A stretch of 63,887 nucleotides of DNA, the filler included, from Octopus bimaculoides (lineage: Eukaryota): assembly GCF_001194135.2 (NCBI RefSeq). It is 5 parts of 5 records of this genome, joined end to end, with 100 filler letters (N's around TTAATTAATTAA, not from the genome) between each part and the next. Parts side by side here need not be neighbours in the genome. Positions count along the whole stretch, not along the records: positions 33,747 to 58,398 come from NC_068985.1; positions 58,499 to 62,654 come from NC_068990.1; positions 62,755 to 63,887 come from NW_026386721.1; 2 more parts are not named here. One strand, 5' to 3'. The position numbers were made by a program, and so were the translations under genes. Below are positions 52,806-63,887 of the stretch, piece by piece. Below the pieces are notes generated by a model that did not search any database, had not been told where the DNA came from, and was given only the letters and a program-made list of their open reading frames with translations. Each line of letters opens with the position of its first letter. Position 1 is the stretch's first letter.

Positions 52806-55802
52806 AATTCAGCTCAATGTACAGATTATGTTGCAAAATTGTAATATAAAGTTATTGCCATAAAAACATGAGATCAGATGCCCCATGGACAAAATTCTTC
52901 TATGACTGAAAGCTGTTCTTGTTTGCTGATATAATAAGAATTACTTTATTGCCTCTGAAGTTTCCTCCTACTTTGGATATCTGAATGACTGAATAATTGG
53001 ATAATTAGAGTTTAATTTGAATTCTTGCTAGTAAGCAAGCTGCCTAATTACCTACCTGGACAGACAGACAGGTGAAGGTAGGAGGGAAAGAGAGGAAGAA
53101 AAAGTGAGAAACAAATAAATGTTATGTAGACATATTAATAACTAAAAAAAAAACATATACAATGACTGTATGCAAGTATAACTTGGTGCCATGTGGCATC
53201 CCTTTGCTAAGATTTTGGTGCCTATTTCATCACAAGCAAACATACAGTCTCTTTCAGTCTTTCCATCCATGACACAGTAGAAGATCAAGTATGAGATGAT
53301 GTGAGGGCAGCACTGGCATTCGTTGTCACTTGAATAGAATGCAGTAATGTGTAAGAAAGTGCCTTGTACAATTATACAACACATTGTCTAGTGCAGGAAT
53401 TGAACTCATGGCTTTATGATCCTGAAAACAACACCCTAATCACTGGGTCACGCAGGCAGTCAAGGAAAATAAGTTTCATGGAAGGAGGTTTGAGTAAAGT
53501 ATGAAATGCAGATAATTTTGAAATTCTTAGATTTTAATTTGCCAACATATGTCTGAACGAATGGCATTTAAGCAGAAGCACAGTTTGCAGTTTTGATTGT
53601 AATATGACAAGGCACAATTACATGTAACTTGTTTATGTGCGTTCAAGCATGAAAGGAGCTTTGTGGGAGGAATTGTCTTGGGTGAAAAAGTCTTCCAATA
53701 TCCAATGTTTGTGAAAAACACACCAATGGGCTATGAATGATGTCATTGAGCCATAGGACATGTGTTTCTGTGTTGCTAATGTTTCATCAGAGATGGACAC
53801 TGAATCTGCTATTCACAGCCCATTAAGAACTGCTGCTCCTAGAGCTAAACAGTAAATAGTAAAATTGATGAAGTGTGCAAAGCTTTGTCAAGCTGGAATT
53901 AATTAAATGGAGGAATACTAAGTGTTGATTAAAATAAAGGTGTGTACAAGTATATTTAACAGGTTGGCATATGCTGAAATGTGGAAAGATTTTGCTGCAG
54001 AAATTGTTTTAGGAGAGAAGTATGAAAATTCATAGAAGTTCCAATGATATTTACCAATAAATGCAGAAGAGTGACAAAAATGTTAGAGCCTTGCACAATT
54101 GCCCTACACTATTTACTTTTCACGATCAAATCCCAAAGAGATCGACTTCATACCATATATATTTTTATCTCCCAGGAGTTATTGATAAAATATATACACA
54201 AGCTATATACTGAGGCCTACAATTTGTAGCCTTGCACCTTGAGAGAAATCAATATTGTATATTATAGAGATTATAGCATTTTTTTTTAATGTATTTTGGG
54301 GTTTTCTCTGTTGTTTTTGAAATGGAGAACAGTTTTTGTTGATGCCATATAAAATGGTATCTTACACAAACATGATGTTGCAAATTTTTAAAGAATCGAC
54401 CATGATAAATAGTGACTTTATTTTCTTTCTTAAGGCCATAAACAAGGCAATTAAAACTCATATAAAATATAAAAATAAATTAAATAAAATTATTAAAATA
54501 ATAAAAACACAATAAAACGGATGGTTTCCTTAATCATACATCTCTATCTACCTTTAAGGCTGAAAAATAATGCTTTAGGGATGGGAATTTGGGGGAAGAA
54601 GTTTTTTTTGTTCTACATCCTCTTCCTGTAATGTTCAATATCTAATAGCGATAGGACCAATTTTTTTCAATATAGTTACTTGCTTTCAAAGGATAGAAAG
54701 ATTTCAAATATTTCCTTGTCATATACTGTCATTTTTCTTCCTTTTTTTTTATAGCAGAAATGTTTATTTTTAATCAACAAAAGCTAATATATTATCTATC
54801 GATATAAGAGATTGCTTTCATTTCACTCACTTTATATCTCATCAATTAAATAAACTTGCCAAATAGGAAAGCTAAAATATCAAGCAACAGCAAAAAATGT
54901 AGATGTGTGTTTTCAGCCTCTATTTTTAATCCAGGAATCCCTAAAGGATATCTAGTTTGTCATTGAATATAGATGTCGTTTCATAGCATGGTCCCCTACA
55001 ATAATAATTCAGGAGAATCGAATGTATTCAAAGACAAAATTTGGTTACACCTCTAACTCCATCACAAACTACCAAACTAAGTGGGGATGCTGGAACTTCG
55101 TCTAGTTCACCTCCCCGCCACCAGTTTTTGTTAAATGTTAAGTCCAATACTATCAAGAACATTTTATTCTAAATTAATAAGCATTCCTTCATTAATCAAA
55201 TGCACAAAAAATTATTTAATAGAACTAATCTTATAAGTTACGTTTGTACAACTAATACAACAAATTTAATTCCTCATAAGCCTTCTAAATTAATGTAACT
55301 GTACTTGCAGAGATATTAAAACATGTAATGCTGAAGCAATGATATGTGAAGCAGCAGTTACCTCCACCAAACTAAATCTTGTAGTGTTAAACACTATAAT
55401 GAATACAAATGTGTGTAATTCACCAAGTAAAAGTTGAGAAAAAAAAATGAAGATATGCAGATACACCTACACAAAACCACATATGCACACACAAACATAC
55501 AATGTAGAAATCTTCACATAAATGTTATTTAAGTTTAAAGATAAGTGAATTACTTTTGAAACAGAAAATAATTTTTTTGTTTGTATAATTACTATATGCA
55601 CTTCTAAGAAGGAAAACAGATAAAGAGTGAACGTGTACAATATAAATAAGTGCATGTATACACGCACACATAGATATGCACAGAAACACTAATATAAATA
55701 CATACACACATATAAATACGTATGGGCATGCATAAACTAGATAGACATAAGGAACACAAAGTATGTGTGTGCATATATATGCATACACATATTAATACAC
55801 AA

Positions 55803-55863
<61 letters not shown>

Positions 55864-56290
55864 CTATACACATACATTCACTCCTCATCTGTTTTCACTC
55901 TTAGAAGTATTTTATATTAATTTGAAAAAAGAAAATAAAGCGTGATTTCTTTGTTATTTCCAAACTCATTGACTTGTTCTTTAAATTTAAATAACATTTC
56001 CATGAAACTGGTTTTCCATTTTATCACACTACTTTAACTGCAAACAGACAGTCCAAAAGGAGATTTTAATGGTCTTTTAGTTCAATATAAATTAAGAAAT
56101 TTATTTTGTCTGGTTNNNNNNNNNNNNNNNNNNNNNNNNNNNNNNNNNNNNNNNNNNNNNNNNNNNNNNNNNNNNNNNNNNNNNNNNNNNNNNNNNNNNN
56201 NNNNNNNNNNNNNNNNNNNNNNNNNNNNNNNNNNNNNNNNNNNNNNNNNNNNNNNNNNNNNNNNNNNNNNNNNNNNNNNNNNNNNNNNNN

Positions 56291-56323
<33 letters not shown>

Positions 56324-57230
56324 ATGTGTGTGTGTGTGTGCGTGCGCGCGTGCGCGTATTGTGAAGGTACATGACTTTGTGGTTAATGTGTAGCACTCAT
56401 AATCTCCAGACTGAGGGTTCAATTCTTGGACTGGGCGGTATACTGTGTTCTTGAGCAAAGCACATTTCATTTCCTGTTGCTCTAGTGCTATGCGGGGACT
56501 AGTATGTCAAAGAATGGACCCATCATTTCTTCTGTGTGTTGTAAAAAGGTGACTAAAAGGGGTTGAAGTAGAATTTTCACTCTGACCTCATAAAATCCTC
56601 ACCAGCAGCAACTAGCCGAACTGACATAAGGGTGAGGGTTGTCACCCACATGGTAAAAATGCATCATCTGCCAGCAGTAGCTGGTAATCACCAGCAACTG
56701 GTGGATACAGTGATGTGTTGTTACAGGGTATGTGGCCCCCATATTGCTACTACATTTATATGTGTGTATATATATTATCTCCACACTGTTTGACAACAGT
56801 TGTTGGGTTCTTTTGGTTCATTTATGTCCCTGTAACACAGTGGTCTGGCAAAAGACAGATAGAATACCAGACTTAAATAAGTACCGAATTCAAGAAATTT
56901 GTTTAAAGCCTTTCAAAGTGGTGCCCCAACATGTTAGCACCCTAATGACTGAATAGTGTAAAAGAATAAAGAAAATACAAAAATAAGATAATGAAATTTT
57001 CAGAAAAAAGAGTAACTTCTCCAAAAATAGAAGTGGACCCCATCACCCTATGTTAATGGAGTTTGTGATCCAGTTCTTGTTGTTTAGCCATAGGTTAGTC
57101 TTGATCAGTCAGAACATTCCATCATTGATTAAAATATAACATATCCAAGACCACATTGACCTGGATACACATCTATATCTCTTTTTAAAGCAAGAAGAGC
57201 CACTGATTGGCATACAATCACTAAAAGAGA

Positions 57231-57272
57231 CACTCCAGTCTCTGGCCCACAGGTGGGCCAGAGACTGGAGTG
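57231..57272. repeat. Perfect 20-bp-arm palindrome with a 2-nt spacer
   Basis: CACTCCAGTCTCTGGCCCAC-AG-GTGGGCCAGAGACTGGAGTG. Confidence 0.95.
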
Positions 57273-57713
57273 GGTAAAAGGGTTAGTGATGGCCTCTGTG
57301 TCCATCACTACTGTTATGACTTTATAGCCTTTGTTACTCAAAACTCACTGGTCTTGCACCTTCACCACGTAAGCAGTCCTAATCTACTTATCTTTTCATT
57401 TCTAGTCACCCAAGCTGCATTCAACCTCCCCACTCCCACACTAACCCTTTTACCCACTCCTTTCTCCCTCTGGAATCTTCCTTTTGCTCATGTCTTCCCT
57501 TCAAGGTATCCACCAGCAACACTTTAAACAGAACATTTATGGTATCAAGTTCACCAGTTTTGGAGAACAAACAAGAGTCTTGAAAATTGCTCCTTCCTCC
57601 AGAACTAACAGTTAAAAAAACAAGCATGATTTGAGGGATATTTTGGTTGCTATTTCTCGCATGTTGAACAATTGTGCTAAACCCCCAACCCTACTGTCCT
57701 CCACTTGTATATA

Positions 57714-58392
57714 CAGGATGTCCCAAAAGTCACTGACAGGTTTCAATTTTTAATAACTTCTTTAACTTTACAAATATATGCATGAAATTTTGATACAATA
57801 TAAAGGACAAATTAATATGCACCAGTCAAATTTTGCAACACCACTACATCACATATGAAAAATGTGATTCCCCCAAGTCTCAGGAATGTGAAAGCCATTC
57901 AAACACGGTTCCAACAAGATGGGGCAACTGCTCAATCCACAAGAGAAACAATGCAGTTGTTACAGCAGTGCTTTGGAGAGAGAATAATCTCCCGCTACGG
58001 CAATGTCAACTGGCCTTCATGTTCCCCTGACTTGATTAGCCCAGATTTTTTCTTGTGGAGATACCTGAAAGAGAGGTTTTATGTCAACAGACCAGAGACC
58101 CAGGTGCAACTGAAGGAGAACATCAATAGAGAAATCAGAGAAGTGGAGTCTGAAACTCCTGAGGGTGTTATGGTGCAAGTTTTGGAAAGAGCAAGGGCAT
58201 GCGGAGCTGAAAATGACTGCCATTTAAGTGATATCATTTTTCATATGTGATGTAGTGGTGTTGCAAAATTTGACTCATGCATATTAATTTCCATTATGTC
58301 CTTTATATTGTATCAAAATTCCATGCATATATTTGTAAAGTTAAAGAAGTTATTAAAAATTGAAACTTGTCAGTGACTTTTGGGACACCCCG
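57714..58392 (+). mobile_element. Internally deleted DD41D (rosa/Visitor) element with long TIRs and TA TSD
   Basis: TIRs at 57714-57864 and 58235-58392, with TA at 57712-13 and 58393-94. Translation FQQDGATA...WPSCSPDLISPDFFLW has exactly 41 residues between the aspartates. Confidence 0.93.
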
Positions 58393-58498
58393 TATATTNN
58401 NNNNNNNNNNNNNNNNNNNNNNNNNNNNNNNNNNNNNNNNNNTTAATTAATTAANNNNNNNNNNNNNNNNNNNNNNNNNNNNNNNNNNNNNNNNNNNN

Positions 58499-58835
58499 GA
58501 TGCACCATTTTGAGCGTGGCCGTTGCCAGTACCGCCTGACTGGCTCCTGTAGGATTTTCGAGCGAGATCGTTGCCAGTGCCCCTGGACTGGCTTGTGCGG
58601 GTGGCACATAAAAGACACCATTTCGAGCGTGGCCGTTTTCGTGCGGGTGACACGTAAAAGCACCCACTACACTCTCTGAGTGGTTGGCGTTAGGAAGGGC
58701 ATCCAGCTGTAGAAACTCTGCCAAATCAGACTGGAGCCTGGTGTTGCCATCCGGTTTCACCAGTCCTCAGTCAAATCGTCCAACCCATGCTAGCATGGAA
58801 AGCGGACGTTAAACGATGATGATGATGATGATGAA
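58499..58835 (+). mobile_element. Young family D retroposon 3' part with internal GAGCGTGGCCGTT repeats and (GAT)n tail
   Basis: CpGs are intact; its 3' part is near-identical to 5344-5533. Confidence 0.88.
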
Positions 58836-59533
58836 TAAAAATAATTATGAAATTGTTTTTGTTGCTGTTGTATATAAACAAGAATAATATTAAATGAAAA
58901 GTAAGTAATATTTATGTATTAAAAGTCAGAAATCAATAATTATTTTATAAAGTTAGAAATCAATATATACTCATTAAGAATTTACTTCTGTAAAATGAAT
59001 GTCTTTTAAGTAGGTTATAACATCTAAAAACATACATTGTTTATCACATCAACAAAACAATTGCTTCAGTATATTAACTGCTTATTAGAAATTATCTTCC
59101 TAAAAATAGACAATAGTTTGATTGAGGTAGTTGACATCTGTCACCCATAATGTCTTCAATAAATTCTATTTCTAAAATAGAATGGTGATTGGTCATGCCA
59201 AGTGGCGCCTCTTCCTCTAACATATACCATTATTATAATTAGTGACAATCCCTTAAATGAGTTGACATACATTATGTCATTTCTATTTTTCAAATAGAGT
59301 ATGAAATTCCTGATTTTCTTCCTTTGTGCATTTAAATGAAAGATCCTTCTAGAACAAGCTGATGTTGTTGCTTGGGATATGATGCAGCCATGGCTATATG
59401 ATTAAGAAGTTTGGCTCCCAAACACACGGTGTCAGGTTCAGTCCCACTGTATCGCACTTTGACCTGGGTTGACCAAAGCTTTATGAGTGGATCTGGTAGA
59501 CAAATTGAAAGAAACCCATTGTGTGCATAGATA

Positions 59534-60604
59534 CAGGGTGAGGAAAAACTTGGAAAATAACAGATAATTCACCAAGTTGTTTGTATTACAACAACCAGTA
59601 ACCTGTCATAAATATAATTTTAACACAAGTTTATAGGGGTATAAAGAGACAATTTATTCAATATGTCTGCCTTCATTGTCCACCACAGCCTTCACACATT
59701 GCCTGAAGGCATCACAACACTTCACACTTCATGACTAAGTACTCAGACATGTTGTCCCACTCTTCCCTCAGGATTTGCTTAAAATGATCAAGACTTGGAT
59801 GTGAAGTTCTCTTGGTAGAGTGCTCCAATTTGCCCCATACTGCATAGTCCAGGGAGTTCAAGTCTGGGCTCTAAGAAAGTTAGAAGTTGGCAGGTCAAAA
59901 GTTGACAAAGTTGTCTTTGCAGAATTTCTGCACTTTCTTCGCCATATGAGCAAGAGAACCATCTTGGGACCACACATAATTACTGTTGGAGTAGTTATTT
60001 ATTCTTCAGCTAAGGCAAAACCTTATACTGCAGGACTTTATAATAAATGTCAGCCCCCACATTTTCCCTAGACTTGAAAAAACGGGGAGGCATCTTTTTT
60101 CATTGCATGAGTCAATAGGTGTCCTGGAGCCCTCACATATGATCCCAAATGTAAATCAGTGTGTACAGCATTTCTGACTGTCTTTGGATCAACTCTCATT
60201 CCATGGATAGTTTTCTTATGGATGTCATTGGGTTTTTTCAAAATTTTGACTTTGAGAGATTTAAGAAATGCATCATCCCAGTTTTTATTTATGTCTCCAC
60301 TTCTTTGCTTTCTCTTGATTCCTTCAATATCCAGCATTCGGTTCTTAACGTTGTTGACAGTGCTCACAGAGGCCCCAGCAGTCTGAGCAATATGTCAAAT
60401 TGCAACCCTAGCATGAAGCAAATCTGCAAAGCATTGTCTCTAGACTTCTTAGGTGGACATGTTAGATCGTATGACTGGAACTTTTGCTTAAATTAACTCT
60501 ATATACCTCCATCCTGAAATATAAAACTATATTTTAGTATTTACGCTCAGGAATACATGAAAAATAAGGCTTTCAAAATATTCCAAGTTTTGCTTCCCAC
60601 CCTG
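59534..60604 (-). mobile_element. Internally deleted DD37D (maT) element with both TIRs and TA TSD
   Basis: TIRs CAGGGTGAGGAAAAACTTGG and CCAAGTTTTGCTTCCCACCCTG, with TA on both sides. The minus strand reads QDGSLAH...SPDLNSLDYAVWG with 37-residue spacing and several stops. Confidence 0.9.
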
Positions 60605-60614
60605 TATATATTTT

Positions 60615-61075
60615 ATCTTTTACTTGTTTCAGTCATTAGACTGTGACCATGCTAGAACACTGATTTGAAGAATCTTTAGTTGAATGAATCGCTCCCAGTA
60701 CATTTTTCAAGCCTGGTACTTATTCTATCAGTCTCTTTTGTCAAACTGCTAAGGTACAGGAGATGTAAACAAACTAACACTGTTCTATATTTAAGAGATG
60801 AGGAATTATGTACATTTTTAACATTATTTACATTATTTACATTTGATGGATATTTGTCCTCATCTTGTTTGTTGTTAACACAATGTTTCAGGTGATATAC
60901 CCCCACCCCAGCCTTCATCAGGTGTCTTCCAAATCTACCAAATCTACTCTCAAAGCTTTGGTTGGTCCAAAGCTACAGTAGAAGACACTTGCTTAAGGCG
61001 CCATGCAGTGGGACTGAACCCGGAACCATGTAGTTGAGAAGCAAACCCTTACCACAGCCACACTCACAGCTGCAC
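60615..61075 (-). mobile_element. Old SINE family A
   Basis: Tail 60615-60785 and head 60925-61075 match family A, with CpG decay. Confidence 0.8.
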
Positions 61076-61078
61076 CTA

Positions 61079-61131
<53 letters not shown>

Positions 61132-61497
61132 TATTTGTTTTGCAAGATTTTTTATGTGAAATCGTGTGTTGAAACAGATGTTGTTGTACTTGGGGATGGT
61201 CATATTNNNNNNNNNNNNNNNNNNNNNNNNNNNNNNNNNNNNNNNNNNNNNNNNNNNNNNNNNNNNNNNNNNNNNNNNNNNNNNNNNNNNNNNNNNNNNN
61301 NNNNNNNNNNNNNNNNNNNNNNNNNNNNNNNNNNNNNNNNNNNNNNNNNNNNNNNNNNNNNNNNNNNNNNNNNNNNNNNNNNNNNNNNNNNNNNNNNNNN
61401 NNNNNNNNNNNNNNNNNNNNNNNNNNNNNNNNNNNNNNNNNAATATACAGTGCGTGTGTTTTTATTGGCTAAACTGGCAATATGACCATCCCCAAAT

Positions 61498-61532
<35 letters not shown>

Positions 61533-61538
<6 letters not shown>

Positions 61539-62255
61539 AAAGGCTATTTGCCAATATAATGTCCTGGAAGGGACAATGTTATTGATGTTTAGCGCCAAGA
61601 AACATTGTTTCCAGCTGGCTATATGACACAATATCTGTGTCCTTCCATATTTGAACAGGGCGTTCATTCCCATCTAGTGCAAAACAACATCTGTAGACCG
61701 GTTTCTGTGTTATTGCGCTTTATCAACACAGAGTAGCTTCTTGGCCAGGTGGTGTTGCTGAACTCCTCTCTCAAATATATTGTTTTCAAAGTGACACACA
61801 GTCATTGATCTAAAAATAGAAATAATATTATTTCTAAATCTCACAACGAGAGATATTCAGTAACAGCTCTTTAAAGTAAAGGCTATTTGCCAGGACAGCC
61901 ACATCAATAATGATATTTCTATTTTTAGATCAGTGACTGTGTGTCACTTTGATAACAATATATTTGAGTGGGGAGTTGAGCAACACCACCTGGCCGAGCA
62001 GCTACTCTGTGTTGATAAAGGATAATAACCCAGAAACCGGTCCATAGATGTTGTTTTGCACTGGAAGGGGTACTGAACTCCCTGTTCGGATATATAGGGA
62101 CACAGATATTGTGTCGTATAGCCAGTTGGAAACGTTTGCTGGGCCTAAGCAACAGTAACATCGTCCCTCCCAGAACAGCCACATTATATTGGCAAAAAGC
62201 CTTTACTTTAAAGAACTGTTATTGAATATCTATCTTTGAGACATTTAGAAATAAT
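61533..62255. repeat. Foldback of ~340-bp units: direct unit, partial unit, inverted unit
   Basis: Arms at 61533-61830 and 61908-62211 are reverse-complementary; the unit start TAAAGTAAAGGCTATTTGCCA recurs at about 61872. Confidence 0.85.
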
Positions 62256-62273
62256 AACAACAACAACAATAAT

Positions 62274-62382
62274 TGGAGCCTGGTGTTGCCATCCAGTTTC
62301 ACCAGTCCTCAGTCAAATCGTCCAACCCATGCTAGCATGGAAAGATGACGTTAAACGATGATGATGATGATGATGATGATGA
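62274..62382 (+). mobile_element. Short 5'-truncated family D retroposon with (GAT)n tail
   Basis: Matches 58733-58835. Confidence 0.88.
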
Positions 62383-62409
62383 TATATATATATATATATA
62401 TATCCATCC

Positions 62410-62654
62410 ATCCATCTATCGACGTGGATTTTGCAGTGGAAAAGTGCGTGGAGATGATCAACGAGAGCAAAGTAGAGTTCCAAAAAGTCAACACAGAAGA
62501 ACTGGGCCTCCTACTTAGATTGACATATGACGATGTATATCTAGATAGATACGACCTTAGAGATGTCTGCCCTAGTAGACGTCTAAGAGGTAGACCACCC
62601 ACAATTACCTCTATGGCTAGGAAGACCCCTATAGAGAGATGGAGTGGATGGACC
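62410..62654 (+). mobile_element. Penelope-like element RT fragment
   Basis: YPSIDVDFAVEKC...NTEELGLLLRL...LRDVCPSRRLRGRPPTIT resembles the LYPS motif and the RRxxxGxxPxIT insert of PLE RTs. The frame is open and CpG-rich up to the scaffold join. Confidence 0.65.
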
Positions 62655-63129
62655 NNNNNNNNNNNNNNNNNNNNNNNNNNNNNNNNNNNNNNNNNNNNTT
62701 AATTAATTAANNNNNNNNNNNNNNNNNNNNNNNNNNNNNNNNNNNNNNNNNNNNCTTCTTCTAGCATATTGACAGACCGGTCACTGGTCAATCTTATATA
62801 CACATGTACTATATAATCTTTTTAGGATCTCGAAAAAAAATTTTTCATGAACCTTCTGATTCTTTTAATGTGCTAGTTTCCTGGTATTAAATTGATATTA
62901 ATTAATATCGAATTTTTACCATATTATGTTAATTAACCATAATCACATTTTTCAAAGTTGGTAAATTCATAGCAGAGATTATTTTCTGCAGAGATATTTT
63001 CCGGATTCAGCACGCCAAAACTAAGACTTTGCACAGGGGCCACTCAGACTCCCGCCTTCACTGTGAACAGGAATTAATCTTGTCTCTTCCTTATTTTGCA
63101 CCATATGGATTCAACTCATTACTCACTTC

Positions 63130-63610
63130 ACACACCTACAAACACCTTCCCACTAGACACACACTAGCATCAAACACTTCTCAACACCCACACCACACAC
63201 CATTATCCACACACCCACACACAATCTTTGATAGTGTTACCACACATACCACTATATGAGCAGCTCCACACACTCTTTAACTGAGTACACACACCATATA
63301 TCATCATACACACTCCCACACCCACACAAGCACATAATACCTGGATACAGGCAATATATACTCACACACACACAACACATATAAACACATGCAGCACGCA
63401 TAGACACAGATAACTTTCACCCAAAAACACACTATATACATGCACACTATTTGGTCACATACACACACACACACACACATACACACACCACCTGAACAAG
63501 CACACATCAACTGCTACACAACACACATGCACATTAGCCTCACACATATACATACGTCCATATGCACATATACACACACACTCGCCCCCATTCTCACATA
63601 CACATATGCA
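63130..63610. repeat. Degenerate (CA)-rich low-complexity tract
   Basis: Directly visible. Confidence 0.8.
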
Positions 63611-63887
63611 CTTGTGCAACTTAGTTCAGTGAGGTCGCTATTATCATTATCGTTATTATCATCTCCCTTTCATTCAGCCTCTTTTTTTCCAGTCATCTCA
63701 TCATGTTGAATCATTGAACTGCACATTTTTCACTTTCCATTTTTTTCCCTCCCAATCCTTTCTGCCAAAGAGCATAGGCTTGAAGCGTCAAAGACTTTTC
63801 CATTCTTCCTGAGCATTAAACAAATGCACTGTCTTCATCTTTTGGTTTCTGTAAATTTGAAGTATATATATATACATATATATATAT

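Overview
AT-rich eukaryotic genomic DNA from a gappy draft assembly. It is most likely an octopus genome; this is inferred from the tRNA-headed SINE families and the extreme (CA)n/(TA)n/(AG)n/(GATA)n/(AAT)n density. Four identical 100-bp joins (44N+TTAATTAATTAA+44N) split the window into five separately assembled segments: 1-17912, 18013-33646, 33747-58398, 58499-62654 and 62755-63887. Most of the sequence is SINEs, microsatellites and TE fragments: RTE, Tx1/L1-like, R4/Dong-like, Penelope-like, Tc1/mariner (DD34D, Tc1-like, DD37D, DD41D), a piggyBac-like MITE and Helitron-like ends. Almost all ORFs in the supplied track are artefacts of N-runs or microsatellites. Three non-TE signals stand out. 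(1) Two paralogous short orphan ORFs on the plus strand (18497-18919, 21342-21611) align without gaps at 24/63 identity, share a basic amphipathic motif and share a ~45-bp upstream CRE-like + E-box block; a possible third member starts at 27891. (2) A spliced minus-strand gene at ~25.5-26.5 kb encodes a small, probably secreted six-cysteine helical protein whose central Cys spacing matches vertebrate neuritin/CPG15. (3) A candidate minus-strand terminal exon (36496-36683) is followed by two inverted paralogous copies of itself, which could form alternative dsRNA structures. No CRISPR arrays, rRNA or bona fide tRNA genes were found.
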